From Chloroflexota bacterium (GTDB taxonomy: Bacteria > Chloroflexota > Dehalococcoidia > UBA2979), in NCBI GenBank assembly GCA_003228125.1, contig QGNP01000003.1:14475-78474 (forward strand): 64,000 nucleotides of DNA, in the 5' to 3' direction. The notes under the pieces are model-generated. The model did not search any database. It saw only the letters and a list, made by a program, of their open reading frames with translations, and was not told where the DNA came from. Numbering within the stretch: position 1 is the stretch's first letter; the number at the start of each line of letters is the position of its first letter. The position numbers and the translations under genes were made by a program. This document shows, piece after piece, positions 9,614 to 18,891 of the stretch.

Positions 9614-10783
9614 ATGAACATTTTGGATTTTTCATTTACTGCTTACGAAGAAGAGTTTCAATTAGATTTAACACAAAGATTAGCTAGAATTCTACCTAAG
9701 AATTGGCAAGATGAAAGTTATGTCATAAATAATTCCAATGAAAAATGGTTACATCTTGCTGAAGAAATAACTAAAGACTTATCGAAAGATAGATTGCTTA
9801 CGCTTGCTTGGCCAAAAAAATATGGCGGACTAGAAGAAACAAACTTAAAACAAACAATATTTAATCATGTCATTTCATATTTAGCTGCTCCAATCAATAA
9901 TATTGCTGGAATACAATGGATTGGTCCTACGCTAATGATGCATGGTAATGAAGAGCAAAAAACTATTTATTTACCAAGAATTGCTGAGGCAATAGATAAA
10001 TGGTGCATGTTGTACTCAGAACCAACAGCTGGATCAGACTTAGCGTCATTACAAACAAGGGCAATAAAAAATGGTGACAATTACATAATCAATGGACAAA
10101 AACTATGGTCATCTAATGCAAATTTTGCAAATCTAGGGCTTCTTGCAGCAAGAACAAATCCCGAAGCACCTAAGCACAAAGGGATATCAAATTTTATTGT
10201 GCCAATGGATTCTAAGGGAATATCAATCAATCCTATTGAAGATATCAATGGTAACAAAAATTTAAATGAAGTATATTTTGATAATGTTATTGTATCAGCA
10301 AAAAACCTTGTAGGTCATGAAAATAGAGGATGGTATCAAATGGCTTCTTCAATAGATTTTGAGCGATCAGGGGTTGGCGCATTTTCAAATGCAAAACGAA
10401 ACATAGAAAAATTAGTTACGATTATTAAAGATAATCCTAATATTGCAAAAAATAAAAAATCTGCTCGAGATGACATTGCAGATCGATGGATTGAATTAAA
10501 TACTGGTTTTAATTTAGCTTTTAAAATTCCTCTTTTACAAGATGCTGGCATTAATCCAACTTATGAAGCATCAGTTTCAAAACTATATGGCGCTGAATTA
10601 ACTCAAAAAATAGCGCAAACAGGAATGTCAATATTGGGAATGGATGGTCAATTAAAAAATAATTCCGTAAAATATTCAGCTGCTGATAATTATCTTGCAT
10701 CTGTGGCAAATACCATTGCTTCCGGTACTTCTGAAATTCAAAGAAACACTATTGCTAATCAAGGACTTGGCTTGCCTAGATAA
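9614..10783 (+). CDS. Acyl-CoA dehydrogenase family protein
   Basis: ACAD-like layout, with YSEPTAGSDLASLQT, INGQKLWSSNA and a C-terminal helical domain ending GTSEIQRNTIA. Start uncertain (9578 or 9614). Confidence 0.75.
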   Translation: MNILDFSFTAYEEEFQLDLTQRLARILPKNWQDESYVINNSNEKWLHLAEEITKDLSKDRLLTLAWPKKYGGLEETNLKQTIFNHVISYLAAPINNIAGIQWIGPTLMMHGNEEQKTIYLPRIAEAIDKWCMLYSEPTAGSDLASLQTRAIKNGDNYIINGQKLWSSNANFANLGLLAARTNPEAPKHKGISNFIVPMDSKGISINPIEDINGNKNLNEVYFDNVIVSAKNLVGHENRGWYQMASSIDFERSGVGAFSNAKRNIEKLVTIIKDNPNIAKNKKSARDDIADRWIELNTGFNLAFKIPLLQDAGINPTYEASVSKLYGAELTQKIAQTGMSILGMDGQLKNNSVKYSAADNYLASVANTIASGTSEIQRNTIANQGLGLPR

Positions 10784-10830
10784 TCCAGGTATAATATAAA
10801 TAAATAATTATATTATGTTGGGAGAAAATA

Positions 10831-11670
10831 ATGACTACAGCAACAAAACTAAAAAGAGGTTTCGTACAGATTCCAGAAGGTAATGTTGAATACTTTGAAA
10901 TAGGTTCAGGGGAACCTTTTTTAATGTTACATGCGACGCCATCATCATGTATGACTTATAAAGATATTGCTCCTTTATTAGCTAATGATTTCAGAGTCAT
11001 TGCAATGACAACAATGGGGTACGGACAATCCGATAGACCAAATCCACCTTTTACTAATTTAGAACAATTTGCAAAATCAGTGGTAAGCTTTCTTGATGCG
11101 CTTGGAATTGAAAAGGCTTCGGTTTTTGGAACACACACTGGTTCCGAAATAGCTGCTGTATTGGCTGCAAAGTATCCAGAAAAAGTTGATAAGCTAATTT
11201 TAGAAGAAGTTTTTAATTGGGGAACGCCGTCAAGAAGAGCAGTTCATGAAAGAATCCACAGATATTATCAAGAAAAAATAGATGGTTCTCACTTGCTAGA
11301 TCTTTGGGAAAAAGTTGGTGGACTAAAAGAAAATGCTGATCTAAAGATTACTACTGAAAGATTCATTAGTAATCTAATAGTAAATTCAGATGAAGGCGCA
11401 GATATTTATGGAGGCATGGGATGGGAAGGTGCAGGACCATATGCAATGACTCATCATGATATGTGGGAAACAATTGAACAAATTGAAGCACCTACTTTAG
11501 TCATACATGGAACTACTAGTGAGCTAGGCAGATCCCATGAAAAATTTTTAAGCAATCTTAAAAGATCCAGAGGAATTAATCCACCTAGTCAAGGTAACTT
11601 TTCGCCTCATCAAGCACCAAAAATATGGTCAGATGAAGTTAGAAGCTTCCTTAAGGAACCTGGAGTTTAA
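10831..11670 (+). CDS. Alpha/beta-fold hydrolase
   Basis: Oxyanion HATPSS region and nucleophile elbow GTHTGS. Length 279 aa. GGGAGA SD upstream. Confidence 0.7.
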   Translation: MTTATKLKRGFVQIPEGNVEYFEIGSGEPFLMLHATPSSCMTYKDIAPLLANDFRVIAMTTMGYGQSDRPNPPFTNLEQFAKSVVSFLDALGIEKASVFGTHTGSEIAAVLAAKYPEKVDKLILEEVFNWGTPSRRAVHERIHRYYQEKIDGSHLLDLWEKVGGLKENADLKITTERFISNLIVNSDEGADIYGGMGWEGAGPYAMTHHDMWETIEQIEAPTLVIHGTTSELGRSHEKFLSNLKRSRGINPPSQGNFSPHQAPKIWSDEVRSFLKEPGV

Positions 11671-11688
11671 GCTAATAAAGTTGAAATA

Positions 11689-11934
11689 ATGAAACAATTA
11701 ACCAGAATAATAAAAATTACATTTGCTTTTTTATATATTTTTAAAATGCAAATAGTAATAATAGGCGCAGAAGCAAATAATCGATCTCTAGTTAAAGCTA
11801 ATAACTATGAAGAACCGTTGATATATACATTATTAGCAGTCGTGTCTTTATTTATTTTCTTTTCATTAATATATCTATTCATTAAACAGCTTGGAATTGA
11901 GTGGAATTTCCAAAAAAATGATTCTGAACATTAA
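11689..11934 (+). CDS. Possible small membrane protein (81 aa)
   Basis: ORF with two hydrophobic segments. It has no clear SD and no recognisable family, and may be spurious. Confidence 0.25.
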   Translation: MKQLTRIIKITFAFLYIFKMQIVIIGAEANNRSLVKANNYEEPLIYTLLAVVSLFIFFSLIYLFIKQLGIEWNFQKNDSEH

Positions 11935-11936
11935 TT

Positions 11937-12011
11937 TGGAGCCGGCGGTGAGACTCGAACTCACGACCAGCTGTTTACGAAACAGCTGCTCTACCCCTGA
12001 GCTACACCGGC
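11937..12011 (-). tRNA. tRNA-Thr (anticodon CGU) with encoded CCA
   Basis: Folded by hand from the reverse complement: acceptor GCCGGTG/CGCCGGC, D arm GCTC/GAGC, anticodon stem GCTGT/ACAGC with loop TTCGTAA, T arm GTGAG-TTCGAGT-CTCAC, then T-CCA. Total 75 nt. Confidence 0.9.
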
Positions 12012-12017
12012 TTTTTA

Positions 12018-12061
12018 TTTATTGTTAAAAGGATATCAAGAAATATCATTTTAACAATAAA
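12018..12061. repeat. 44-nt imperfect palindrome (13-bp outer arms plus 5-bp inner arms) between tRNA-Thr and the DEAD-box helicase gene
   Basis: TTTATTGTTAAAA (12018-12030) pairs with TTTTAACAATAAA (12049-12061). The inner pair is GATAT (12032-12036) and ATATC (12043-12047). Confidence 0.6.
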
Positions 12062-12156
12062 ATTATTTAAATGATTAAAGACTTATCTCAACACTTGTGC
12101 CTGAACACGAACAATCGTTTACTAAATACATACTATATGTAAATAGACAGGAAAAC

Positions 12157-13557
12157 GTGACTAATACATTCCAAGAAATTGGAGTTCCTTTGCCTTTTAT
12201 AAATGTTCTAAATTCAAGAGGCATCATTATTCCATCTCCAATCCAATTTGCAACTATCAAAGATTCAATGGATGGCAAAGATCTTTGCGGCAGAGCGCCG
12301 ACAGGTTCTGGCAAAACTATAGCATTTGGCATACCAATAATAACAAAAATTCCCAAAGCACGTCCTAAGAAACCGACCGGTTTAATATTGGCACCTACAC
12401 GTGAATTAGCTGAACAAATAAGTGTTGAACTAAAAGATTTAGCATTTACTGGAAACAGGACAATTTTGACTGTATATGGCGGTGTGAGTATAAAAAAACA
12501 AATCAATAGACTAAATAAAGGTGTCGATATATTAGTTGCATGTCCGGGAAGATTAAATGATCTTCTTAGGCAAAAAGTATTAGATTTAAATCAAGTATCT
12601 TTTGTAGTAGTAGATGAAGCAGATAGAATGGCAGATATGGGATTTTTACCAGAAGTCAAAAAGATCATTCATCAAACAATGAAAGATCGTCAAACAATTC
12701 TTTTTTCAGCAACACTTGATGGTGCAGTAGCATCACTAACTAAAGAATTTCAAAAAAATCCAATTCGGCATGAAATAGGAATTTCAACTCCAGATATGGA
12801 AAAAATGGAGCATTATTTTTGGAAAGTTAATAGAGACGATCGCATAGTAATAGCAATTAACTTAATAATGGAAGCAGGAAAAACAATAATTTTTACAAGG
12901 ACAAGGCATGGTGCAGAAAGAGCCGCAAAGCAATTAAAAAAAGAAGGCATCGATGCAGTTGCTCTACATGGCGGAAAAACTCAAAATCAACGAGATAGAG
13001 CTCTTGCTGCTTTTACAAGTGGAAAAGCATTTGCATTAGTAGCTACCGATGTTGCTGCTAGAGGCATTCATGTAGATGGGATAGATTGTGTTCTCCATTT
13101 TGATCCACCTGAAGATAGCAAGGCTTATGTTCATAGGTCAGGAAGAACTGCACGAGCTGGTGCAAAAGGAAAAGTAGTATGCTTTGTAGACAAAGCTCAG
13201 CATAAATTTATTAACGTTTTACAACGAGATCTTAAGTTTAAAATACCACTTACAGAACCAATAGAAATAAATAACATAAGCTCCGATAAAATTATAAAAA
13301 ATGAACAAGCTTACAAAGATAATCCAAAAATCAAAGATTCCAATGGAATTGAGCAACCAAAAAAGAAAATACGAACTAGAAACAGAAATCAAAATGATAA
13401 TACAAAAATAGCCTCTAATATATTTACTAAATCAAAAAAAGGAAAAATAAGAAAAAAGAAAAGTTTAGCACAACCTAGATCGCAACAAAATAGTTTTGTT
13501 AAGGGTAAATTAAAAATTTCAAGAAAAAAACGTATTTCATTAAGCAGAAAAAAATAA
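12157..13557 (+). CDS. DEAD-box ATP-dependent RNA helicase with a Lys/Arg-rich C-terminal tail
   Basis: Q motif (F..IG...PSPIQ), motif I APTGSGKT, VVDEADRM, SAT, and HRSGRTARAG. GTG at 12157 is preceded by AGGAAA. The track ORF starts at GTG 12097. Confidence 0.9.
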   Translation: MTNTFQEIGVPLPFINVLNSRGIIIPSPIQFATIKDSMDGKDLCGRAPTGSGKTIAFGIPIITKIPKARPKKPTGLILAPTRELAEQISVELKDLAFTGNRTILTVYGGVSIKKQINRLNKGVDILVACPGRLNDLLRQKVLDLNQVSFVVVDEADRMADMGFLPEVKKIIHQTMKDRQTILFSATLDGAVASLTKEFQKNPIRHEIGISTPDMEKMEHYFWKVNRDDRIVIAINLIMEAGKTIIFTRTRHGAERAAKQLKKEGIDAVALHGGKTQNQRDRALAAFTSGKAFALVATDVAARGIHVDGIDCVLHFDPPEDSKAYVHRSGRTARAGAKGKVVCFVDKAQHKFINVLQRDLKFKIPLTEPIEINNISSDKIIKNEQAYKDNPKIKDSNGIEQPKKKIRTRNRNQNDNTKIASNIFTKSKKGKIRKKKSLAQPRSQQNSFVKGKLKISRKKRISLSRKK

Positions 13558-13560
13558 AAT

Positions 13561-14289
13561 TTAATCTAGGATATTAAATTTTAAAAATATCTTATTGTAA
13601 ATAATACAAATTAACAAAAAAAACATCGCAATAAATATAAGCTGTGACATTATTAAGTCTATATGAAAAAAACTTGATAGATCATTATTGATATATGTCC
13701 CTAATGAAGATTGTCCAATATTTTTAAAAAGACCAAATAAATTATTTATAAAAAAAATAATTATAAATAAACAAAAAGAAGATAAAAATAAATTAGTTTT
13801 ATGATAAGGAAATAAAGAATTAAAAAATGAGAAGCATAATAAAAGAAATATTTTAAAATTAATAATTATTATTATGGTGTATGCAATTGAATAAATTGTT
13901 AAATCATTATCAGGAATAAAAAAAAGAAAAAAACTAAATAAACATACACAAAAAATAGGTAATAAGCATGCACTAAATATATAAGACACTAGCCCCGTAA
14001 TCATTAAAATACTTTTAGAATTAGAAGTAGATACGATCCATTTTCTTTCTTTTAAATAATCGGCATTAAATAAATTTGAAAAAAAGACCAAAAGTTTAAA
14101 AAATTGAGAAGGCAAATAAAGAAAAAAAATAAAAAAAGCAAAAGTTTCAGATGTTAATTCATTTTCAGTATATGCAACAAGTATCAAAAATATAGATACA
14201 AAGAAAATTAATACTATTTCACATTTTAGATACAGTGATTGATAAATTTGATACACTTCATATTTGATAAGAGGAAAATAGAAGTTCAT
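13561..14289 (-). CDS. Polytopic membrane protein, probable permease partner of the adjacent ABC ATPase
   Basis: 242 aa, about 6 hydrophobic segments, extremely rich in Phe, Ile and Leu. It starts 7 nt after the ATPase stop. No family recognised. Confidence 0.5.
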   Translation of the reverse strand: MNFYFPLIKYEVYQIYQSLYLKCEIVLIFFVSIFLILVAYTENELTSETFAFFIFFLYLPSQFFKLLVFFSNLFNADYLKERKWIVSTSNSKSILMITGLVSYIFSACLLPIFCVCLFSFFLFFIPDNDLTIYSIAYTIIIIINFKIFLLLCFSFFNSLFPYHKTNLFLSSFCLFIIIFFINNLFGLFKNIGQSSLGTYINNDLSSFFHIDLIMSQLIFIAMFFLLICIIYNKIFLKFNILD

Positions 14290-14295
14290 AAAGCA

Positions 14296-15285
14296 TCATT
14301 CATTTTCTTCTAATTTAGCTTCTAGCGCATCAATATTTTCTAACAAAGATTGAAAATGTGGTCTGCCTAATTGTAGTCTGCCTTGAACTAAATCGACCAA
14401 CTGAATGTCCACTTTAGATGCTACTGAAGACATATATCTAATTGTTAAACCTACTCTTTTAATAAGATCGCTAAGAAAGAAAAATGCATCTTCCAGGTCT
14501 TTATTAGAAAAAAAAGTAATTTTAAAAATTGATCCATCTCTTTTGTAAGATAATTCTTTTTTCAACATAAAATATACTAGCTTTTCTTCAAATTTAATCA
14601 AGTTACCTTCAGCGTATAAAACAATAATTTTTCTTCCAGCAAAACGTGAATAAGAAAGAATATCTGATTTATATATTAGATTTCCCTCAAACATTAATCC
14701 TATTGACGTTGCAATACTTTCAATATTATTTAATTTATCATCAGAAATAATACAAGACATATCTCTGTGTAAAATTTCTTTTATTGAAATAATTAATTGT
14801 TCTATTTCATAGTCATCTAAGCCAAAAAATGGTTCATCAAGAAGTAAAAGGTTAGGATTATTTAAAAAACAAACTATTAAAATCAATTTAGTCTTTTCAA
14901 AATAAGAAAGTTCTGCAATTTTTAAAGAAGCACTTTGATCCAAATTAAACTTTTTTAATAAATTAATGATTACGATATAAGTATTTGCTTTATTGATTTT
15001 TTGTAATTGAAAAGCAAGAAATAAAAAATCAAAAATTTTCATCTTTTTTGGCAATGTTATATCGTTTGAAAAATAGCCAATTTTAATATCATCCATGTAT
15101 TCAATTGACCCACTAGTATGATTATTTTTCTTGGCAAGAATTGACAAGAGTGTGCTTTTTCCCGAATGAGGTTCTCCAGCAATCCCAAGAATTTCACCAG
15201 GAGAGAGATCGAGATCGATTAAGCTCAACCCAATTTTACTATTTGAGTAAATTTTTGTTAATTTTTTTATTTCAACAACTGACAT
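14296..15285 (-). CDS. ABC transporter ATP-binding protein with a C-terminal extension
   Basis: Walker A GEPHSGKST, Walker B LLLLDEP, and a degenerate signature LSYFEKTK in place of LSGGQ. The C-terminal extension is about 100 aa. Confidence 0.75.
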   Translation of the reverse strand: MSVVEIKKLTKIYSNSKIGLSLIDLDLSPGEILGIAGEPHSGKSTLLSILAKKNNHTSGSIEYMDDIKIGYFSNDITLPKKMKIFDFLFLAFQLQKINKANTYIVIINLLKKFNLDQSASLKIAELSYFEKTKLILIVCFLNNPNLLLLDEPFFGLDDYEIEQLIISIKEILHRDMSCIISDDKLNNIESIATSIGLMFEGNLIYKSDILSYSRFAGRKIIVLYAEGNLIKFEEKLVYFMLKKELSYKRDGSIFKITFFSNKDLEDAFFFLSDLIKRVGLTIRYMSSVASKVDIQLVDLVQGRLQLGRPHFQSLLENIDALEAKLEENE

Positions 15286-15395
15286 ATGGCAACCAAGGCA
15301 AACATTTTTTTCTTAAACAGTTTACACTATGAATATAAACTTAAATAATTTACATAGTAGATAGTATTACTATTACTAGGTATCAAGCAATATAT

Positions 15396-16070
15396 ATGAA
15401 AAAAATCATTATCTTCACAAAAAATAGCCATTATTCTGATGTTTTTAACAAAACATTAAGTAATGAACTATATGATTTTGAAATTATCAATGTATTTAAT
15501 AAAAGCATAACTCTGCAATATCTTGCCTCAATACAAAAAATAGACCTAATTATTTTTGATTTTGAACTAACCAATAATCTTGAAAAAATCACAACATCTG
15601 ATAAAATAATTAATACCCCCTTTATACTACTGATTGATAAAAAAGACTTATCAAAGTTAACTTTAAATAAAAAAATAACAGATATAATAATCAATCTTTC
15701 TTATCCAGAAGAATTAATTTATAGAATTAATAATGTTTTTATTAATAAACAAGTCGATAATAATAGTAAAAATATTATCATCATCGCAGATTTAATAATA
15801 AATCTTGACAAATACACCATATCCATAGCTAATGATATTGTAGATCTTACTTTTAAAGAATTTGAATTGCTAACATATTTATCTAAAAATGTTGATAAGC
15901 CTTTTTCAAGAGATTCATTGTTAAATCAAGTATGGGGCTATGATTATATTGGTGGATACAGAACAGTCGATGTTCATATAAGAAGAATAAGGGCAAAAAT
16001 TGAACAAAATTATCAATATATTCACACAATAAGAAATATCGGCTACAAGATTACTAATCCTTCTAAATAA
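15396..16070 (+). CDS. OmpR/PhoB-family winged-helix regulator with a degenerate receiver domain (orphan, GlnR-like position)
   Basis: The C-terminus has LTFKEFELL...RTVDVHIRRIRAKIE...IRNIGYK. The N-terminus keeps the phospho-acceptor-position Asp (IIFDFEL) but lacks the acidic DD pair (IIIFTKNS) and the conserved Lys. No kinase gene is adjacent. Confidence 0.75.
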   Translation: MKKIIIFTKNSHYSDVFNKTLSNELYDFEIINVFNKSITLQYLASIQKIDLIIFDFELTNNLEKITTSDKIINTPFILLIDKKDLSKLTLNKKITDIIINLSYPEELIYRINNVFINKQVDNNSKNIIIIADLIINLDKYTISIANDIVDLTFKEFELLTYLSKNVDKPFSRDSLLNQVWGYDYIGGYRTVDVHIRRIRAKIEQNYQYIHTIRNIGYKITNPSK

Positions 16071-16098
16071 ATTAACGATCTTGAAACATAAATGTAAC

Positions 16099-16138
16099 AA
16101 TTATAATTATAAATTTACATATATTTATAATTATAATT
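16099..16138. promoter_or_regulatory. Perfect 16-bp inverted repeat with an 8-nt spacer, made of four TTATAA hexamers, overlapping the likely glnA promoter
   Basis: AATTATAATTATAAAT (16099-16114) and ATTTATAATTATAATT (16123-16138) are exact reverse complements. TATAAT at 16132-16137 lies about 27 nt upstream of the glnA ATG. Confidence 0.5.
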
Positions 16139-16163
16139 TCTAAAAAAATAAGGGGTTAGAAAT

Positions 16164-17576
16164 ATGAATTTTAATGATGTAAAAAAATTAATTGCCGATC
16201 ATGATATAAAACGAGTTGATTTACGTGTAACAGATATGCCAGGTAGGTGGCATCAATTTACAATTCCTGTAGAAAGATTAACAGAAAAATTATTTGATGA
16301 AGGACAAGGATTTGATGGTTCAAGCCTAAGAGGCTTTCAAGAAATACATGAGTCTGATATGTTGTTAATGCCAGACCTTACTTCTGCAAGAGTAGAGCCA
16401 ATAAGCGAAATAGGTACCTTAGTGTTAACATGTTCAGTAAAAGACCCTATCACTGGACAAGCATATAATCGGGATCCGCGAAATATTGCAAAGAATACAG
16501 TAGAATATATGAAATCTACTGGAATAGCAGATACCGCTAACTTTGGACCAGAAATGGAATTTTTTCTTTTTGATGATGTTAGATTTGAACAATCTCAGCA
16601 AACTGCATTTTACTACGTTGATTCAATTGAGGCTCATTGGAATAGTGGCAGAGATGAAGCACCGAATCTTGGTTATAAAATTCCTGGTAAAGAAGGTTAT
16701 GCTCCAGTTGCTCCTTTTGACACTTTAAGAGATGTTAGATGGGAAATGCACGAAGCATTGCATGCAGTCGGCATAAAAACAGAAGTAGGACATCATGAAG
16801 TTGCTACAGCAGGGCAAGGGGAAATTGCAATGAAATATGCTCCTCTAGTTGAAAAAGGCGATGAGTTCCAATGGTACAAATATATAGTAAGAAATGTAGC
16901 AAGAAGCAATGGTATGGTTGCAACATTTATGCCTAAGCCAATCTTTGGTGACAATGGAACAGGTATGCATGTACACCAATCTTTGTGGAAAGATGGCAAA
17001 CCATTATTTTTTAATGAATCAAATTATGCTGGACTTTCTGATATAGCTAGATATTACATTGGAGGTTTATTAAAACATGCACCAGCAGTTTTAGCATTTG
17101 CTGCTCCATCTACAAATTCATATAAAAGATTAGTCCCAGGCTTTGAGGCTCCAATTAATTTAGTATATTCAGCAAGAAATCGATCTGCAGTAATAAGAAT
17201 ATCAACATATGAAAAAACTGCCGCATCAAAAAGAATTGAATTTAGAGCACCAGATCCAACTTGTAACCCATACTTAGCTTTTTCAGCCATGCTCCTAGCT
17301 GGTTTAGATGGTATTCAAAATAAAATTGAACCACCCGATCCTATAGATAAAAATATTTATGACTTACCAGAGGCTGAATCAGCTAAGTTAGCCAAAGTAC
17401 CAGCATCGCTAGACGAATCTTTAGCAGCATTAAAAGAAGATCATGATTTTTTAACTTCAAATGGTGCATTTAATGAGAAATATATTCAAGATTACATTGA
17501 CTGGAAACAAGAAGAAATACTTGGACTATCAATGAGACCTACTCCGTATGAATATGAATTATATTTCAACGCATAG
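16164..17576 (+). CDS. glnA: Glutamine synthetase type I (GSI-beta)
   Basis: 470 aa with a beta-grasp N-domain, GTGMHVHQSLW, NSYKRLVPGFEAP, and the adenylylation-site-like motif KNIYDLP. AAGGGG SD upstream. Confidence 0.95.
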   Translation: MNFNDVKKLIADHDIKRVDLRVTDMPGRWHQFTIPVERLTEKLFDEGQGFDGSSLRGFQEIHESDMLLMPDLTSARVEPISEIGTLVLTCSVKDPITGQAYNRDPRNIAKNTVEYMKSTGIADTANFGPEMEFFLFDDVRFEQSQQTAFYYVDSIEAHWNSGRDEAPNLGYKIPGKEGYAPVAPFDTLRDVRWEMHEALHAVGIKTEVGHHEVATAGQGEIAMKYAPLVEKGDEFQWYKYIVRNVARSNGMVATFMPKPIFGDNGTGMHVHQSLWKDGKPLFFNESNYAGLSDIARYYIGGLLKHAPAVLAFAAPSTNSYKRLVPGFEAPINLVYSARNRSAVIRISTYEKTAASKRIEFRAPDPTCNPYLAFSAMLLAGLDGIQNKIEPPDPIDKNIYDLPEAESAKLAKVPASLDESLAALKEDHDFLTSNGAFNEKYIQDYIDWKQEEILGLSMRPTPYEYELYFNA

Positions 17577-17585
17577 TAAAATTCT

Positions 17586-18884
17586 ATGAAAAAAATTTCT
17601 GATTCAACTAAAAATCATATCTTAACATCGTGCTTAGAGCACGATGTTAAGTTTATTAGATTGTGGTTTACAGACATACTTGGAAAACTTAAATCAGTAG
17701 CAATAACAGTAGAAGAACTAGAACATGCCCTGGTAGATGGCGTTTCATTTGATGGATCGTCTATAAGTGGCTTTGCAAGATCTGAAGAATATGACATGCT
17801 CGCAGTTCCTGATCCACAAACATTCAAAATATTACCTTGGCGACCAAAAGAACAGTCAGTTGCAAGAATGTTCTGCACCATACAAACTACTGAAGGCAAA
17901 AAGTTGAACAGCGATCCAAGAAATATTCTAGAAAATATACTGTCAAAACTGCAATCCAAGGGCTTAACATTCTACGTATCTCCCGAAATAGAATTTTTTT
18001 ATTTTAAAAACTCAACTCAAGTCATTCCCCTTGATCACGGAGGATATTTTGATTTAACAACTTTTGATGCAAGTTCAGATATAAGAAGAGAAACTGTATT
18101 AATGCTTGAAGATCTTGGTATTGGAGTAGCTGTCAGTCATCATGAAGCAGCACCAAGTCAACATGAAATGGACTTAAGGCATACTGATGCCTTAAGTATG
18201 GCAGATTCTATTATGACTTTTAAAACTGTAGTAAAGGAAGTAGCACAAAAACACAATATATACGCAACATTTATGCCTAAGCCATTAAGTGAACATAACG
18301 GATCCGGAATGCATTTGCAGCTTTCAATATTTAAGGGAGAAAAAAATATATTTTTTGACAAAAATGAAAATGATAACTTATCAAAAACAGCAAAGCAATT
18401 TATTGCTGGACTTATAAAACACACCCCAGAAATCATGCTGTTAACAAATCAATGGGTAAATTCATATAAAAGATTGGTATCAGGATTTGAAGCGCCCACT
18501 CATGCAACATGGTCTTTAACAAACTTCTCTGATTTAATCAGAATTCCAAAAATTAAATTAAAAGAAATAGATTCAGCAAGGATTGAATATCGAGTGCCAG
18601 ATCCAGCTTGCAATCCTTATCTTGCATTAGCTGCAATTTTAGCTGCAGGAATACAGGGAATAGAAAAAAAATATACATTAAAAAAAGTCGCCGAAACAGG
18701 TTCACAGCCCTTACCAAATTCATTAGGAGAAGCAATTATAGAATTCAAAAAATCAAAATTAATGGAACAATTACTAGGTAAGCAATCATATGAAGCATTA
18801 TTAAGAAATAAAGAAGAAGAATGGGATTCTTATAACAGGCAGATTAGTGATTATGAAATAAAAAAATATTTATCTATATTATAA
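17586..18884 (+). CDS. Glutamine synthetase-like paralog (short GSI/GlnA2-like, 432 aa)
   Basis: Contains GSGMHLQLS and NSYKRLVSGFEAP and lacks the adenylylation motif. It starts 9 nt after glnA. Confidence 0.85.
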   Translation: MKKISDSTKNHILTSCLEHDVKFIRLWFTDILGKLKSVAITVEELEHALVDGVSFDGSSISGFARSEEYDMLAVPDPQTFKILPWRPKEQSVARMFCTIQTTEGKKLNSDPRNILENILSKLQSKGLTFYVSPEIEFFYFKNSTQVIPLDHGGYFDLTTFDASSDIRRETVLMLEDLGIGVAVSHHEAAPSQHEMDLRHTDALSMADSIMTFKTVVKEVAQKHNIYATFMPKPLSEHNGSGMHLQLSIFKGEKNIFFDKNENDNLSKTAKQFIAGLIKHTPEIMLLTNQWVNSYKRLVSGFEAPTHATWSLTNFSDLIRIPKIKLKEIDSARIEYRVPDPACNPYLALAAILAAGIQGIEKKYTLKKVAETGSQPLPNSLGEAIIEFKKSKLMEQLLGKQSYEALLRNKEEEWDSYNRQISDYEIKKYLSIL

Positions 18885-18891
18885 CTCACTT

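Noticed and set aside
12075-12506. 143-aa minus-strand ORF overlapping the 5' part of the DEAD-box helicase gene. Similar antisense ORFs in the track include 34729..35007, 36399..36737, 37068..37430, 52777..53151 and 17615..17959.
   Set aside because: Each lies antisense to a gene with strong family motifs. They have low-complexity, hydrophobic or Ser/Leu-rich translations and no SD. They are the shadow ORFs expected in A+T-rich DNA with few stop codons on the complementary strand.
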